A stretch of 64,000 bases of DNA, from NCBI RefSeq assembly GCF_036971445.1, contig NC_091472.1, forward strand, positions 250,480,001 to 250,544,000, read 5' to 3'. A program made the translations under genes and the position numbers. The DNA comes from Narcine bancroftii (taxonomy: Eukaryota). Below the pieces are notes generated by a model that saw only the letters and a list, made by a program, of their open reading frames with translations, was not told the origin of the DNA and did not search any database. Below, piece by piece: positions 1 through 13,419 of this stretch (its first letter is position 1; every line of letters starts with the position of its first letter).

Positions 1-289
1 TTTATTCCTTTAAAGATAATCATGTATTGACTAAATGGAGTTTCCATGACTATCAAATCTCTCAGAAAAACATGGAGGATGGTGGAAGCTGCACTCCCTC
101 TAGAATGACTGCCCATTCATATTTAGGATTAATGATCTTAATGATCTTAATAGATAAACATGCTGCTTTTAGCATGGGGAAGCTTCAAAAATATAAATGT
201 TGACAGGATACTACTGATAAATTGTCAGAAAAACAATCTCAGTGGAGTGCCTCTTTAAAAGAAATCAGTTTGAAATTATAACAATATTT

Positions 290-815
290 AAGAAATGTAT
301 GCCACTTACTTGGAAAGATAGAAATATACTAACTTTAGATAAGTGGTATTTGGAAATGAAATTTTGTTTGACTATGGAAAGGATATCTTTTTCAATTCAG
401 GATAAGATGTCTTTTTATAAGTTAAAGTGGACTCTGTTTGCTAATTATATGCATTTAAGTTTGATTTAAATATATGTTTAAGTGTGATATTTTAGTATTG
501 ACAATTTTTTTTGTTGTTGTTAGAATTTTTTTAGGTTAAGTTTTATCTCTTTTTTGTAAGTGGGTATTTTTTTTTCATATATAATATTATCAATTTTATT
601 AACTCTTCACTCTTTATTTTGGGGGGGAGGGTTGGACTAATTTTAAGTTAGACTATTAATATTGTGTTACAATTAACGGGGGGGGTTATTTTGTGTAGTT
701 TTCTGATGTAATATTGTAATCATACCTTTTTAAATTTTTTTTCTATTTTTCTTTAAATGTAATTCTTTATTGTATTCATGTTATAAAATTTTAAATAAAG
801 TCTTCAAAAAAAATT
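290..815 (+). mobile_element. 3' end of an L1/Tx1-like LINE (same family as 48167-50040)
   Basis: Encodes KKC..TWKDRNILTLDKWYLEMK, nearly the same as the text at 49560-49710; followed by a T/G-rich 3' UTR, AATAAA and an A-tail at ~795-812. Confidence 0.8.
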
Positions 816-934
816 ATATCAATATTAAAAGATTTACTTGAACACAAGCATGCAGTACTGTATTTTTTGGACTGCGGGTAACTGAAACTGTGGAAAGTGA
901 ATCTGCAGATAATGGGAGGAAAACCACTGTTTAG

Positions 935-937
<3 letters not shown>

Positions 938-970
<33 letters not shown>
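938..970 (+). repeat. (CA)n microsatellite
   Basis: Direct reading of the sequence. Confidence 0.95.
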
Positions 971-973
<3 letters not shown>

Positions 974-1045
974 CCTTTGTCAATCTTTCATGTTTCTTAT
1001 ACAGTTTTCAAATGTATCAAACATGATATTAATGGAAATATTTAC

Positions 1046-1483
1046 CAGAAAATGAAGGTAGGAGTCTGCTTAAATCTGGAATTTTCTTTTTCCGCCTTAG
1101 TGCAATAAGAAGTGGTATCAGGAAGGCAATTAACTTGAGGAGAGTAATGTCTCTGTGGATCTCTGCTTTCCTTGACAGATACTTCTCAACAAGTTTCTGG
1201 TGAAGAATCAATCTCTGCTGCAGTCTCTGATATTTTACTAAATCAATTTCTTCTTCGGTAAGTCTAACTGCATCACTAAGAACATAAGCTGCATCATATG
1301 TGAACAAATTTTGATGCTGCTTAACACTTGTCATGTAAAGATGGATTTGAAGTAAAATATTGTTCACATATTTCATAAATAACTCAATTTCTTCACAGCT
1401 GTTGGGATCATATGTTGGATCAATGTATACCTCAGCATTATAGATTCCTTCAAAATCAGGATCAGTTGAAATATCTTTAAGAC
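1046..1483 (-). CDS. ANKAR: ANKAR (ankyrin and armadillo repeat containing) internal coding exon; the gene continues beyond the left edge
   Basis: Acceptor aaaatag| (1485-1484) and donor |gtaaa (1045-1044), phase 1-1. Translates (G)LKDISTDPDFEGIYNAEVYIDPTYDPNSCEEIELFMKY...YQRLQQRL...LKLIAFLIPLL...IPDLSRLLPSFS, matching recalled human ANKAR (DPDF..DPTYDPNS..YQRLQQRL..LKLICFLIPFL). Joins in frame to the 7328-7940 exon. Confidence 0.9.
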
Positions 1484-2582
1484 CTATTTTACAAAGGATA
1501 AATATTTCATTAGAAATACTATTGCCTGAATTATGTATTTATAAGAATGTATAGAAATTACTGTACAGAAGTGCATTGTTCAGTTCATGTGTAACGTTTA
1601 GTGTTCCAGAATGTGAGTTTTGTAGAAGCAAATCTTTCATTATTTATATTATAATTCAGTTTAATAGTTTCCACAACAATCATGTAATTATTTCTCATTT
1701 GATACATGGCATTACAGGATATTTTAATAATTTGATTATTTTCATGATTGAAGCATATTATATGAAATGGATCGAAGTAAGGTTTTTCCCACTCTGTCCT
1801 AAATTAGAAAATGTTCCTCTAACATATCTACATAAAACTTCCATTTTCCTCATAAGCATATAATGTACAGGCCACAAGGGGACATAATTTTTTTAAAAAA
1901 CTGCTTTACCAGAGCAGCAGCTGAAGGGGCAGAGATCTGGCGACAGACTTAACCAAGACCCCTATTTGACCAAATACTTGACCAAATACATCCACACGTC
2001 TGAAATAAGCCCACAGTATTCTGTTTTCAGCTTGGTCTTTTCACTGGGGGTTGGTTAGAAGGTATGTAGTTGTAAATTATTACATCATTCAAAGCATGTG
2101 GCATAAACTGTGATGAGAGTGCTTCATACAATCAGCTTAGAAAGTAGTTTTTCTCTACTTATGTTATCTGATTAATATATATTCCTTCTACATGCCATAA
2201 GTTACAATATTAGTATTTTTGGCAACAATCATCCAGTATGGATTGGAATTACTTAAGATGTAGTGTAAAGCAAGTTAAAGCTGCTCTTTGCTTCAAAGGA
2301 TACCAACAATGGTCCATTATTTCAAAAATGAGTGAAAAATCGGACTATGAAGATTACAGTTCTACTTTATTAGTATAGATAGGCACTTGATGGTCAGCAT
2401 GGACTCATTTAGCTGAAGGAATTGTTTCTGTGCTGTATGACTCTACTCACAAAGTAGGCCAAAAACATTGGACAACTAAGACATTGCTTCCTGAACACTT
2501 TTGGGTGTATTTTATGGATTGTGGGCAGGTGATCATGAAAATCACCTGAAAATGTTCCTATCGCATACCATAGTTTTAGAAA

Positions 2583-3249
2583 TAGGTATACCCCACTTTA
2601 CAAAACTAGAGTGTTCCTAGGAAATCTTTCATAAGCCAAATGGAGTAAAGCAAAGACCCATTCACTATTCTTCTTTTCTTCTTTTCTTTGGCTTGGCTTT
2701 GCGGACGAAGATTTATGGAGGGGTAATGTCCACGTCAGCTGCAAGCTCGTTTGTGGCTGACAAGTCCGATGCGGGACAGGCAGACATGGTTGCAGCGGTT
2801 GCAAGCGAAAATTGGTTGGTTGGGGTTGGGTGTTGGGTTTTTCCTCCTTTGTCTTTTGTCAGTGAGGTGGGCTCTGCGGTCTTCTTCAAAGGAGGTTGCT
2901 GCCCGCCAAACTGTGAGGCGCCAAGATGCACGGTTTGAGGCGATATCAGCCTACTGGCGGTGGTCAATGTGGCAGGCACCAAGAGATTTCTTTAGGCAGT
3001 CCTTGTACCTCTTCTTTGGTGCACCTCTGTCTCGGTGGCCAGTGGAGAGCTCACCATATAACACGATCTTGGGAAGGCGATGGTCCTCCATTCTGGAGTC
3101 GTGACCTACCCAGCACAGTACACTATTATTGAAGGCTATTTTCATCAAAATGAAAACCCATTCAAATCCTTTCATAAAAGTGAACACGGCATTCTTTGTA
3201 AAAGCAAATTTTCATAATTTGAGTATTCATAAAGCGTGGTATACCTGTA
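2583..3249. mobile_element. Tc1/mariner (Tigger-like) MITE split by an RTE insertion
   Basis: Imperfect TIRs taggtataccccactttac / ataaagcgtggtatacctg, the right one followed by TA. Confidence 0.55.
2670..3118 (-). mobile_element. 5'-truncated RTE LINE copy
   Basis: Nearly identical to 47725-48165 (MEDHRLPKIVLYGELSTG...CLSRIGLVSH); (AAG)-rich tail; 7-bp TSD CACTATT at 2663-2669 and 3121-3127. Confidence 0.92.
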
Positions 3250-4816
3250 TAACCTATTTTTGTGATTTCTTGCCACATTTTAAGTCTTCTAGTATATTGC
3301 CCACAGAACAAGCTGTTTTAGTCAGTCCAAGCATACCTGAGCATGCACTCAGGGCAGGTGCCATGCAAATATTGTCTTAGGCCTTGGCATGCTTACTCAG
3401 GATAGATGTAGACTGGCTGTAAAAGCAGCTCACATATGGAGATGCTGTGCATTACATTGATTATAGAATGAATGTTCTCCAGGCAATTGCATAGTGAGTG
3501 CACTTAACAATATCATTTAATGTTTTCAGAAATATCTCGCCAATGTTGTAACAGCTGTAATACATTAAATTACATTTGTGGCAAATGTATGGTTAAGGCT
3601 CAAAGACACAACATGACTACATTTATTAAGAAAGCCTATGAGCTCTACATCAGTTGCAAAATTAGTGACCAAGACAAACTCCGGGTTCCTTGCATTTGTG
3701 GTGCAATATGTGTAGTCAACCCAAGAGCTCAGTGTCACCATCATTATGCAATTAAACATGCTAAATTTAATAAAAATTAATTTAATTTTTCTCTAACTTC
3801 CTACATGATACAGTAAATCTGAAATTATCTTTGTGTTTAACAGTTTTTTTTTCTGGAAGCAAACCTTTTGAAAAAAAATTTCCAGTGGAAAAAGAGACTG
3901 AAATAATAGACCGTGAACAACAAAACAAGTGAACTGGGACAGCATTGTGTAGATGAAACAAAATAATTAAAACATCATCAAAAATTATTTTCAGCTCATT
4001 TTGTATTGCTAATTATTTAGCAATGTCAAAATTTAAAAAAAGTTAAAAAGTTATTTTCTGCTGCCAGAGTGATTGGAGAGAAGATGTTTGTTGCCTGAAT
4101 ATTTAGTCAACTGCACAATGGCAAATATTTTACATGGTTCTAGCCTATTTATTCAAAATTCAATTTATTGTCATTGTAATAAAACAGTGTCACATCACAT
4201 GAAATTGCTTTTGCCTGCTGTAAGGCAGACTGATTCGTCACCAGCAGAAATTGCCTGAAGCACCTCTTAAAGTCAGAGAAGAAGAAGCAAAAGCGAGTCC
4301 TTCAGAATCACGGAGTGTCCAAAGATTCTCCTCCAGTGCTTCCGCAGCCACACAGAGTCTAGTCCAAACCAGTAACAACCTGAGCTCCAGATCCAAACTC
4401 CAAAATTGTCAGGAACCCTTCAGTGCCTTGGCACCCCTCGCATCCTAGTTCTGATACCCCTTCAACCAGTTTCAAGCCAGTCTCCGGCAGTCCGCAGCCT
4501 GATGTGAGTCCCCTGGCAGCAGTCACTGGCACTCCACAGCCTCCATGGGATCCTCACCTCAAGTCGCCAGCAGCCCGCAGCATGTATGAATCTTTCAGCC
4601 TCAGTGCCCCCTCACTGGTCCACTGGCGTGGTCAGCGTACCCGTGGGTTGTCTCTCCATGGGATGGTCTCCACATTTTCTGGTGCCCTGCACCAGTCCTC
4701 TGCTCTCCCGGAGTCTGCAACCTCTTGTGGCTGCTGCCGATCAAAGATGCTGCCATCTTCAGTGCAGACCCCACAGGCCATTCAAAGCCTGTGTGGAGCT
4801 GACAACAGTTGACTGG

Positions 4817-5062
4817 ATGTGTTGATACCACTGCATTATGATTGGTTACTATCTCTGTGTGTATGGCTCGCCCACCTCCGTGCTGACTGTACCAGTGGCT
4901 CCTCCCTTGGAACCCCCTAATAAAGGCTGTTACACCCTGACCCCTACCCCAGTATGAGCTCTGGACTCGGACCAAGCAACATGAGCGTATATTTAGTTTT
5001 AAGCAATTAAAAGTTTATTGTTTTGGCAACTTCAGGTCTTTGGAGTTATTGATGGTGCATCA
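4817..5062 (+). mobile_element. Possible solo LTR
   Basis: About 245 bp, TG...ggtgcaTCA ends, internal AATAAA and ATTAAA; no clear TSD. Confidence 0.3.
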
Positions 5063-6009
5063 AATAATCCTCACTAACGGAAAGATGTTTCTTATGGGCT
5101 TGCAATAATGAAGAAGTTTTAAATGGAATGTGGATTTATATTCGACAGAAAATATAATCTGTTATAAATAATGTAAATTGTTAGAATCAGCACATTACAG
5201 AAACTATTTAAAAACTTCACTGTTGGTTGCTCAACTTATCTTGTTTTACCTGATCATGTGGCTAAATTTATGCAGAAGGGTAAAGGTAATTCTCATTAAT
5301 CAAGTACTGTACTTATATGGAATTAGTTGATTTTATGGGAGAGAAAATTAAACATACAGTGGTAGGTACAATGCAGAGTGAAATATTTTTCAAAGACCAT
5401 TGATTTAGCACAAGATTTATCACATGTATCCAGATCTGTTAATAAGAGGGGAAAACCATAGAATGATTTGAACCACCACAGAATCATAACCCCACAACCT
5501 TGCTGACTGTGCTCCTGCAATGAGAAAGAACTTAAATCTGAATGTTCTCAAATTCTATGACCAATATATTAAGGGAACATGTAAAATTACTAAACCATCA
5601 TATTTGCCATTTTCCAGGGCTGCCCATTCTTTATACAATATTCTAGAAAATAGTCTGACAATACAAAGGTAGATGGGAGAGCAAATTATTTGAAAGTAAC
5701 GGTGCCCACAAAGAAATATAGATATGTTAAGCAAGTGGAAAAATGTATTAATATGCAGGGAAATGTGAAATGACCCACTTTGGTAGGATATATAAAGCAG
5801 AATATTGTTTAGCAAGAGTTCCTGGTGTTAGATTAGGGATCACTCTAGCTTAAAGAAATTACTTCCAAGCTGTCATCAGCACATCTGCAATATCAGAGGA
5901 TTGAACTCTCTTAACTACTGTTATTCTACCATATAAGAAATCCTACCGCTCCATCTTATATGTGCACTTGGTATTGTTAGACCACTTGGCTATGCTTCTC
6001 CTTTCTGTG

Positions 6010-6995
6010 TCAGACAGAAACTGAAGAGTACTGCACAGGTAGGGAAGATGATACAAAGCTGATCTGGGGAGGCAGGAGAGCATCTTTGAGACTATTTCAA
6101 GTCGGTAGACTGGGCCATGTTCAAGGACAGTGGCAGTACTGTACTGAATGAATATGCCACAGTTGTTAGCAACTTTATCAGAAAATGCATGGATGAATTC
6201 CTACAAAGACTATCTTAGTGTATCCTATCCAGAAGCTATGGATGACCCAAGAGATCTGCAACCTGTGGAAAACCAGATCCTTGGCATTTCAAGTAGGCGA
6301 CTCAGAGATATACAATAAATGCAGGTACAACCTCTGGAAGGCTATTACCAATGCAAAAAGACAATTTTAGATTCTCAGAACTCTCAGAAAAACATTTGGC
6401 AGCTGCAGTAGGGCTTGCACATCATCACGTGCAATAAGATGAAACGAGGTGGTATCATAAACTGCAAAATATCTCTTCCAGATGAGTTCAACACTTTCTA
6501 TGCTTACTTTGAAAAGGAAAATAATAATGCACTTTTACAAACCCTCATCCTTATTGTTTTCTCCCATTTTCTGACACTGACATGAAAAGAATCTTTTGGA
6601 GGATGAATCCTCAAAAAGCATCCAATCCAGATGGTATACCCGGCAACATGCTTAAAACCTGCGCGAACCAACTGGCTGAAGGTTTGCAGACATTTTCAAC
6701 CTCTTGCAGCTACAGTCTGAGGTTCCCATCTGCTTCAAAAGGACATTCATCATAACACTGTCCAAGAAGAGCAGGGGGACCTGCCTCAACAACTATCAGC
6801 CAGCGGAAATTATGTCTACTGTGATGAAATGCCTTGAGAGGCTCATTATAGAGCAAATCAACTCCTGTCTCAGGACAAATGTGGACCCACTTCAATTCAC
6901 TGATCTTCACAATAGCTCAACAGTGATGCCATCTTGCTAGCCCTGCACTCTTGCCAATCATCTGGACCAGAAGAACAGCTCAGCATTTAACCCTA
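6010..6995 (+). mobile_element. Degenerate Rex1/Babar-like LINE fragment (RT region)
   Basis: Remnant frames such as CFKRTFII...CLNNYQP...MKCLERL...DPLQF; homologous to 34230-35547 and 55660-56830. Confidence 0.7.
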
Positions 6996-7327
6996 TCATA
7001 CTAGAAAATAATAAATAATCTGTCGATGTGGACTTCCATGTTAATTTTCATGTGAACTTCAGTGAGAGTATTTACTTGATGTTCTCAACATGTTTTCCAT
7101 TGCACACTTGCAGTTAGCAGACAAAGGAAAACCATTCAACAATGCAGGATTTCACCCAATCTAAAAAATAAAAGGACATGAACCAAAACATTTCTATATT
7201 TTCTAAAATGTTAATTACACAATTAGTGTATGCATGCTTTATCCAAAGCAATAGATAGTTCCATGTTTACTGCTTCATATTATCAGTGCTTTATAAATTA
7301 TGATATTAATCAGCAAATGTTAATTAC

Positions 7328-7940
7328 CTGCTTTAAGAAATTCAGAGACTATATCTTTCTCTGTTTTAGAAGTTCCATGAACACCTATATCGATATTGGA
7401 GCGCCACAATTCTGAAAATCGCATCCTTTTCTCCTTTGACATGTAGGCTCCATGCCAAAGGGCTTTCATTGTGTAGTCAACATTTATCAAAATTTGCCCA
7501 ATAAATGTGTCATGGTAAGCAGGTGAGAGAAGGCATGCAGAACTACAATCATAATGACCATCTATATAAATAGATGGAACTTGGTTCATAACATAAATAC
7601 CCACCACCAATTCCCTCAAAATTTGTTGGAATTCTTTATAATTAAATGGGGCATCTGGTACCACTGGAGCTAGAATAATAGCATTGGAATAATTGAAGTC
7701 TTTCATTTGGCTTGACAATCCATTCGGGAACTCCACTGGATACTGAAATTCTTCAGTCGGCTGAAGCCAGCTGCAGGTGGCTGTGGTGAGCAATTCTTGT
7801 AGATCATGCAGATTATATTTGCCAAGGGTAGCACTTGTATTCATCTGTGCAGCCAAATTGGCCTCTTCACTCTTTTGATTGCCTGGTTTTAGTTTAGAGG
7901 AAGCAAGAATGCAAAGTTTCTGTTTTCTATGAGCCTCCTC
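7328..7940 (-). CDS. ANKAR: ANKAR 5' coding exon
   Basis: Acceptor cttttgcag| (7942-7941) and donor G|gtaatt (7327). Translates ...NLAAQMNTS...QELLTTA..SWL...PAYHDTFIGQILINVDYTMKALWHGAYMSKEKRMRFSELWR...SEFLKAG, matching the recalled human ANKAR N-terminus. Lies downstream of ASNSD1 on the same strand, as in human. Confidence 0.92.
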
Positions 7941-8529
7941 CTGCAAAAGAGATAGTTTTAGTTCACTGGTTTAAAACATTTCTGAAGATAAACACAAAAA
8001 CTGCGGATAATTGCATCTTGAGAAAACAATGAGAAGATGGAGAAACTAGGTGGGTCAAGCAACATCAATGATAGAAATGGTCAGTAAATATTTCAAATCA
8101 GGACCCTTTATCAAGATTAAAAATTATATCATGTATATCAAGGAAGTACAAAGGGCTTGGGGGATGAAGCTGGGTAGAGGCTAAGAGGTGCTGGGGTATT
8201 TGGACAGGAGATGGGAAAGGTGGAGAAACAGGTAGAGGTGGGAGCACTGTTGAAGGGGGTGGAGTTAAAGAGAAAGTAAGAACAGGAGTAGTAAAGAAGA
8301 GATGGAAACAGTGGAACTAGATAGAGGTGGGGTTTATCCAAGATGAGAAAAATTGATGTTTATGCCATTGGGTTTAAGGTTGTTCAAGAGGAATGTGATG
8401 TGTTAGTTCTTAAGTTTACCTTTCTTATAATTAATGTGTTCCTTTTCTTTTGAAAATATTTTTATGAGTTTAACTTAATAATCCTACATACAAAGTTTAC
8501 TAATATAACATAAACCATGTTATACCATA

Positions 8530-8975
8530 TCTTCTTCTTTGGCTTGGCTTCACGGACGAAGATTTATGGAGGGGTAATGTCCACGTCAGCTGCAGGCTCG
8601 TTTGTGGCTGACAAGTCCGATGCGGACAGGCAGACACGGTTGCAGCGGTTGCAAGGGAAAATTGGTTGGTTGGGGTTGGGTGTTGGGTTTTTTCTCCTTT
8701 GTCTTTTGTCAGTGAGGTGGGCTCTGTGGTCTTCTTCAAAGGAGGTTGCTGCCCGCCGAACTGTGAGGCGCCAAGATGCACGGTTTGAGGCGATATCAGC
8801 CCACTGGCGGTGGTCAATGTGGCAGGCACCAAGAGATTTCTTTAAGCAGTCCTTGTACCTCTTCTTTGGTGCACCTCTGTCACGGTGGCCAATGGAGAGC
8901 TTGCCATATAACACGATCTTGGGAAGGTGATGGTCCTCCATTCTGGAGACATGACCTACCCAGCGCAGTTAGATC
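8530..8975 (-). mobile_element. 5'-truncated RTE LINE copy
   Basis: Same 3' ~440 bp and (AAG)n tail as 2670-3118 and 47725-48165. Confidence 0.92.
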
Positions 8976-9205
8976 ATTAATATAATTCAAAAAATCCATC
9001 CATAATTGTTGATTTATCATTATTTCTTAAAAATAATTCTGGATAGAAACCAATTGAGTTACATCATATCAACTCTTGTACAGCATAATATCTGTCTAGA
9101 TCATATAATCTGTGTTCCTAACACATACATTTCCTCAAGCATTATTTTGCTATTTATTGCAGACTGTAATAGGCCTTTGTGAATAAAAGCATAACATTTT
9201 AAAAA

Positions 9206-12200
9206 TGTAGTCATTTGTTTGAGTTTAATTGCTTAACAATTCAGTTCAAACATCAAGTTTAATAATTCAACAGTTCAATTCAAATGTCATTATCCATGGT
9301 CAAAAATGTGAGTCAACCTGCCGACTCAGAGAGAGGAAAAGCAACCACCCAGCCTTGTGCTACCAGTCTGCTTCTCCCAGCCCATCACACGTCGGGCACC
9401 CGCTCTTATGAGACCCCGAACCTCCAAACGATGTTTCGAAAACTAAGTAGTGTGATCCACCACATGAACCACATCCCCAGAACCAGAGTATTGGAGATGG
9501 TTAGGTTGTTGAATTGAGGGTGGGGTTGGTTGTGATGGTGGATACCCTCTGCGGAAAAGTTGTGCTGCTTGCACTGGTTGGTCAATGTCCAAGTGTGCCA
9601 ATGTGAGACAGTCCACAGAGACAGTCTCGGGTCTGCTGCCCATGTCAATGAAGAAAACCCTGGCATAGTAGTATGTTGATGGCCCCCTCATATGGCTTTT
9701 GCAGAGGTGTATGGTGGAAATCTCAGCGAAGGAAAATGTACTGGGATCCTGGAGGTCGGGTAGGACATATATGGTTGTGACACCACGATGGGACTAGAGA
9801 AAGCATGCCCACTTTCTCATGGAGGCACATCAGCATGGTCGTGGGTGGTTCTTGATGTCCTTGTGCTGCTGGAATGAGGTCCCTGGTACCATAAGTGGGG
9901 CGCTGTTCACCAGCTCAGCCAAGGAAGTTGCCAGGTCCTCCTTTGGGGCAGTACGTATGCTGAGCATGGCCCATGGAAATTCATCCATCCCATCTAGGCC
10001 CGTAAGCCGTGCTTTGAGGGATCCCTTCATGTGCCAGTGAAAACATTCCACTATGCTGTTTGCTTGCTGGTGGTAGGCCATTGTGTGGTGCAGCTTAGTG
10101 CCAAGCAACCAGGCCATTGCTGACACAGCCCAGAGATGAACTGCGCACCTCTGACAGAGGAAATGTCTGCCAGCAAGCCAAAATGGGCTATCCATTGGAT
10201 GGTGAGGAGACAGGTCACAGTGGAGGTGTTCCAGAGTGGGATGGTCTCTGGCCACCTTGTGAATCTGTCCACAATGGTGAAAAAGTGAGTGAAACCTCAG
10301 ATGGGGGTAGCAGTCCCACAATGTCGAAATGTCAGTGTGTCAGGGCGAAGTTCTGCTGCAGCGCCTTGATGTGTCACTGAATCTTGGAGGTTTGAAAGGG
10401 GATGTACGCTCTTGCTCAGTTGCCAACATGTTTGTGCAACCCGTGCCACATGAACTTGGCTGTAATAAGTTTCTTTGTTGCCCGAAGGGAAGGGTGAGCA
10501 AGGTCATGAATCATGTCGAAGACCTGGCGTCGCCAGGCAGCAGGTTGATGGTCTTGGCTGCCCTGTAGACATATTGCAGAGGAGTGTGGTGTCAGCAGGC
10601 CCAAATCTCACATTCTCTAACTTTAGATTTGAGATGGCAGTGCGGTAGGCAAGCATCTCTTTATCTTCTCGTTGGATGGCTGCCATGGCTGTGTAGTCAA
10701 CACCTGGGCCAGAGTGTGGATGGCATTGATAGTCGTACGGGATAAGCATCTGCGACCTGGTTGCTCTTGCCTGCGATGTGCTGGATAGAAGTCTTATATA
10801 CCGACATGTGGGTCAGTTGGCGTTGCTGTCAGGCTGACCAAAGATCAGACAAAGGCCATCCTGAATGGTTTTTGGTCCATGAAAGCCAAGAAATCCATGC
10901 CCTCGAGAAAATAGCACAAATGCCAGAAAGTGCGGATCTCCCAGTAGAAAGCACTGTATTGCTGCTCGGGGCATCTCAGGTGATGATGAAAAAGGTGAGG
11001 GACTGCCAGGTATCATTGATCAGTTGCTCCAGCACACTGCCCACAGCTATACCAGATGTGTCAACCAGGAGGACGGTTGGTGCATTGGGCCATGGATGTA
11101 CCAGACTAAGTGCCTTTGCCAGCGCTTCCTTAGCATTGTTGAATGCAGTTGTGGTCACATTGTCCCAAAAGTGCTCTTTCGGTTTGTGGCCAGGACCTTG
11201 AAAAGTGGTTGCATATTCCTGGCTGTTGCTGGCAAGAAACAGTGATAGAAATTGATCATGCCAACAAACTCTTGGAGTCCTTTCACAGTAGAGCATTTGG
11301 GAAAGTTGCAAATGGCCTCAACCTTGTACGGGAGTGGGACCACTCTGTGCTGATTGATGTGGTGGCTGAGGAAGTTGATGAAAGTGAGGCCAAACTGAAA
11401 CTTAGCAAGGTTGATCTCCAGGCCATGCTTATCAAGCCTCTGGCAGAGCTGTCAGAGGTGTGCACTGTGTTCTTGGCGAGAGCAGCTGGCAATGAGGATG
11501 TCATTAAGGTAGATAATACAAAGTTGAGTTTGCAGCCTACCATGTCCATAAGCCTATTGAAAGCTTGGGCAGCATTCTTAAGGCTGAAAGGCATGCACAG
11601 GAAGTAAAGAGCCTGAATAGGGAGATGAGAGCCGTCTTGGGGATGTCGTCTGGGTGACAAAAATCTGATGGCAGCCACGTACCAGGCTGATCTTTGAAAA
11701 TACCCTGTCACCATCCAGATTTTCCTTAAAGTCCCAGATGTGAGGGATAGGGTACCGATCAGCTGTTGTGACCTTGCTAATAAGGCAGTAGTCTCCACAG
11801 GGTCTTCAGCCCCCAGAAGTTTTGGGGACTATGTGAGCAGCGAACTGTGCCCATTTCCTCCATCCTGAAGAACTTGTCTTTGGCCAGTTGGTGCTTGTTA
11901 GGAGGGCGGTGGGGGGGGGGGGGGGGCAGCCTGCATCCACATGCATGGAGTGGCAATCCGGTGGGGGGGGAGATATGGTGCTGCACCCCATGCTTGGGGC
12001 TGGCTGTTGTGAACAGAGGAGTTATGATATCTGGGAAATCAGCTGGGATCCTGGCATATTCGTTGTCAGAGAAGGTCACCGAACCAAAGTGGGTGTAGTC
12101 ATTTTGGCATGGTGCAAGGTGATTGGTGAAGGTGAATGTCTTGGAATTGATGAGATGTTGTCCTTTCAAATTGACCAGCAGCAACTGCACCCAGAGGAAA

Positions 12201-13347
12201 TCGGTGCCCAGAAGCATTTGTGAGACATCAGCGATGATAAAGGACAACTTGAAATGGCAGGAGTTGAAGTTGAGCAGGATCATGCAGACCCTGTACATCT
12301 TGATGCTGCTCCTGTTAGCGGTGGTCAGAGGATGCCCCTTCTTTTTAGAATCAGTGTCATTTCTCAAGGAGTGCAGCACACTGACCTCCGCTCTCGTGTC
12401 AACGAGAAAATGCCACCCCAAATGACAATCCCATTTGTAGAGGAGTCGATCTTTTTGGCTGGCCACTGTTGTCTTGACCGACAGCCCGCCGAGGCATTTG
12501 CAAGATGCGTGCAGGGTAGTCAGCATTAGTGGGCCACAGAGCCATATCTTTGGTGGCAATAGCACTACTTGTCCTTGCTAGCACTGTTTGAGGCTGGTGT
12601 CACTGTTGCCCTTTCTGTGGAGGCTGGGCTGTCTGTATCTCTTGGTGAAGTACAAACACCATCTGGTTGATGGTTGCCTCCTCCAGCTTGCTATAGTATA
12701 TCTGCACGAGCTGCCAGTCATCAGGGATGAGTGAAGTCATCATCTGAGAGGAGCAGGCAGATGTCCTCAGGCATTTGAAAGAGCCTGTTCAAAGAGGAGA
12801 CAGGTCCTATGTCCATCCATCAGGGTGAGCATTTCATTCATGAGCATAGATGATTTGCAGTTGCCTAGGCCATCCATGTGCAGCGGTTTTGCCACTCTGA
12901 AACGGGGGAGAGAGCGAATGTATGCTTGAGGAGCATTTTGATCCCTTCTTTCTTATTAATGGCTAGTGGTTGGTGAAGGTAATTGATGATGCACCCAGTG
13001 CTTTCCTGGTCCAGTGCACTGACCACATAGAAGTACTTTGCAGCATCGACAGTTATCTGGTGTATGTGGAATAGAGCTTCAGCCTGTTCAAACCATACTT
13101 GCGGTTGTGATGCCCAGAAGTTGGGCAGTTTGAGTGAAACTGCATCCTGTAGACCTGAATTGTCTCCTTCTGCATTTTGCAATCCAAAAGAGGCTGTTTT
13201 GGATTGTCAGAGTCACCACTGTAGTCGTTTGTGGTGTGGCAAGCTGCACCAAAGGAAAACACAGGCACAGTATAGTTTGGGGAAACACAACTTTATTCCA
13301 CTCACATAAATGTTTAGTTGGCTGCTAGCTGTGCTTACAGTGATCCC

Positions 13348-13419
<72 letters not shown>

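Larger units (their letters stand above)
2466..3887 (+). mobile_element. Degenerate Chapaev3-like DNA transposon remnant, hosting a MITE and an RTE copy
   Basis: Termini CATTGGACAAC...TTTCCAGTG resemble CACTGG...CCAGTG ends. Residual ORF 3520-3780 reads YICG..KKAYELY..SDQDK..P.IC..CV, like the N-terminal zinc finger of this transposase group (recalled, not searched). Confidence 0.45.

Noticed and set aside
2598-3187. Cluster of overlapping ORFs, repeated at 8500-8985 and 47660-48430
   Set aside because: Alternative and antisense frames of the RTE 3' end, not host genes.
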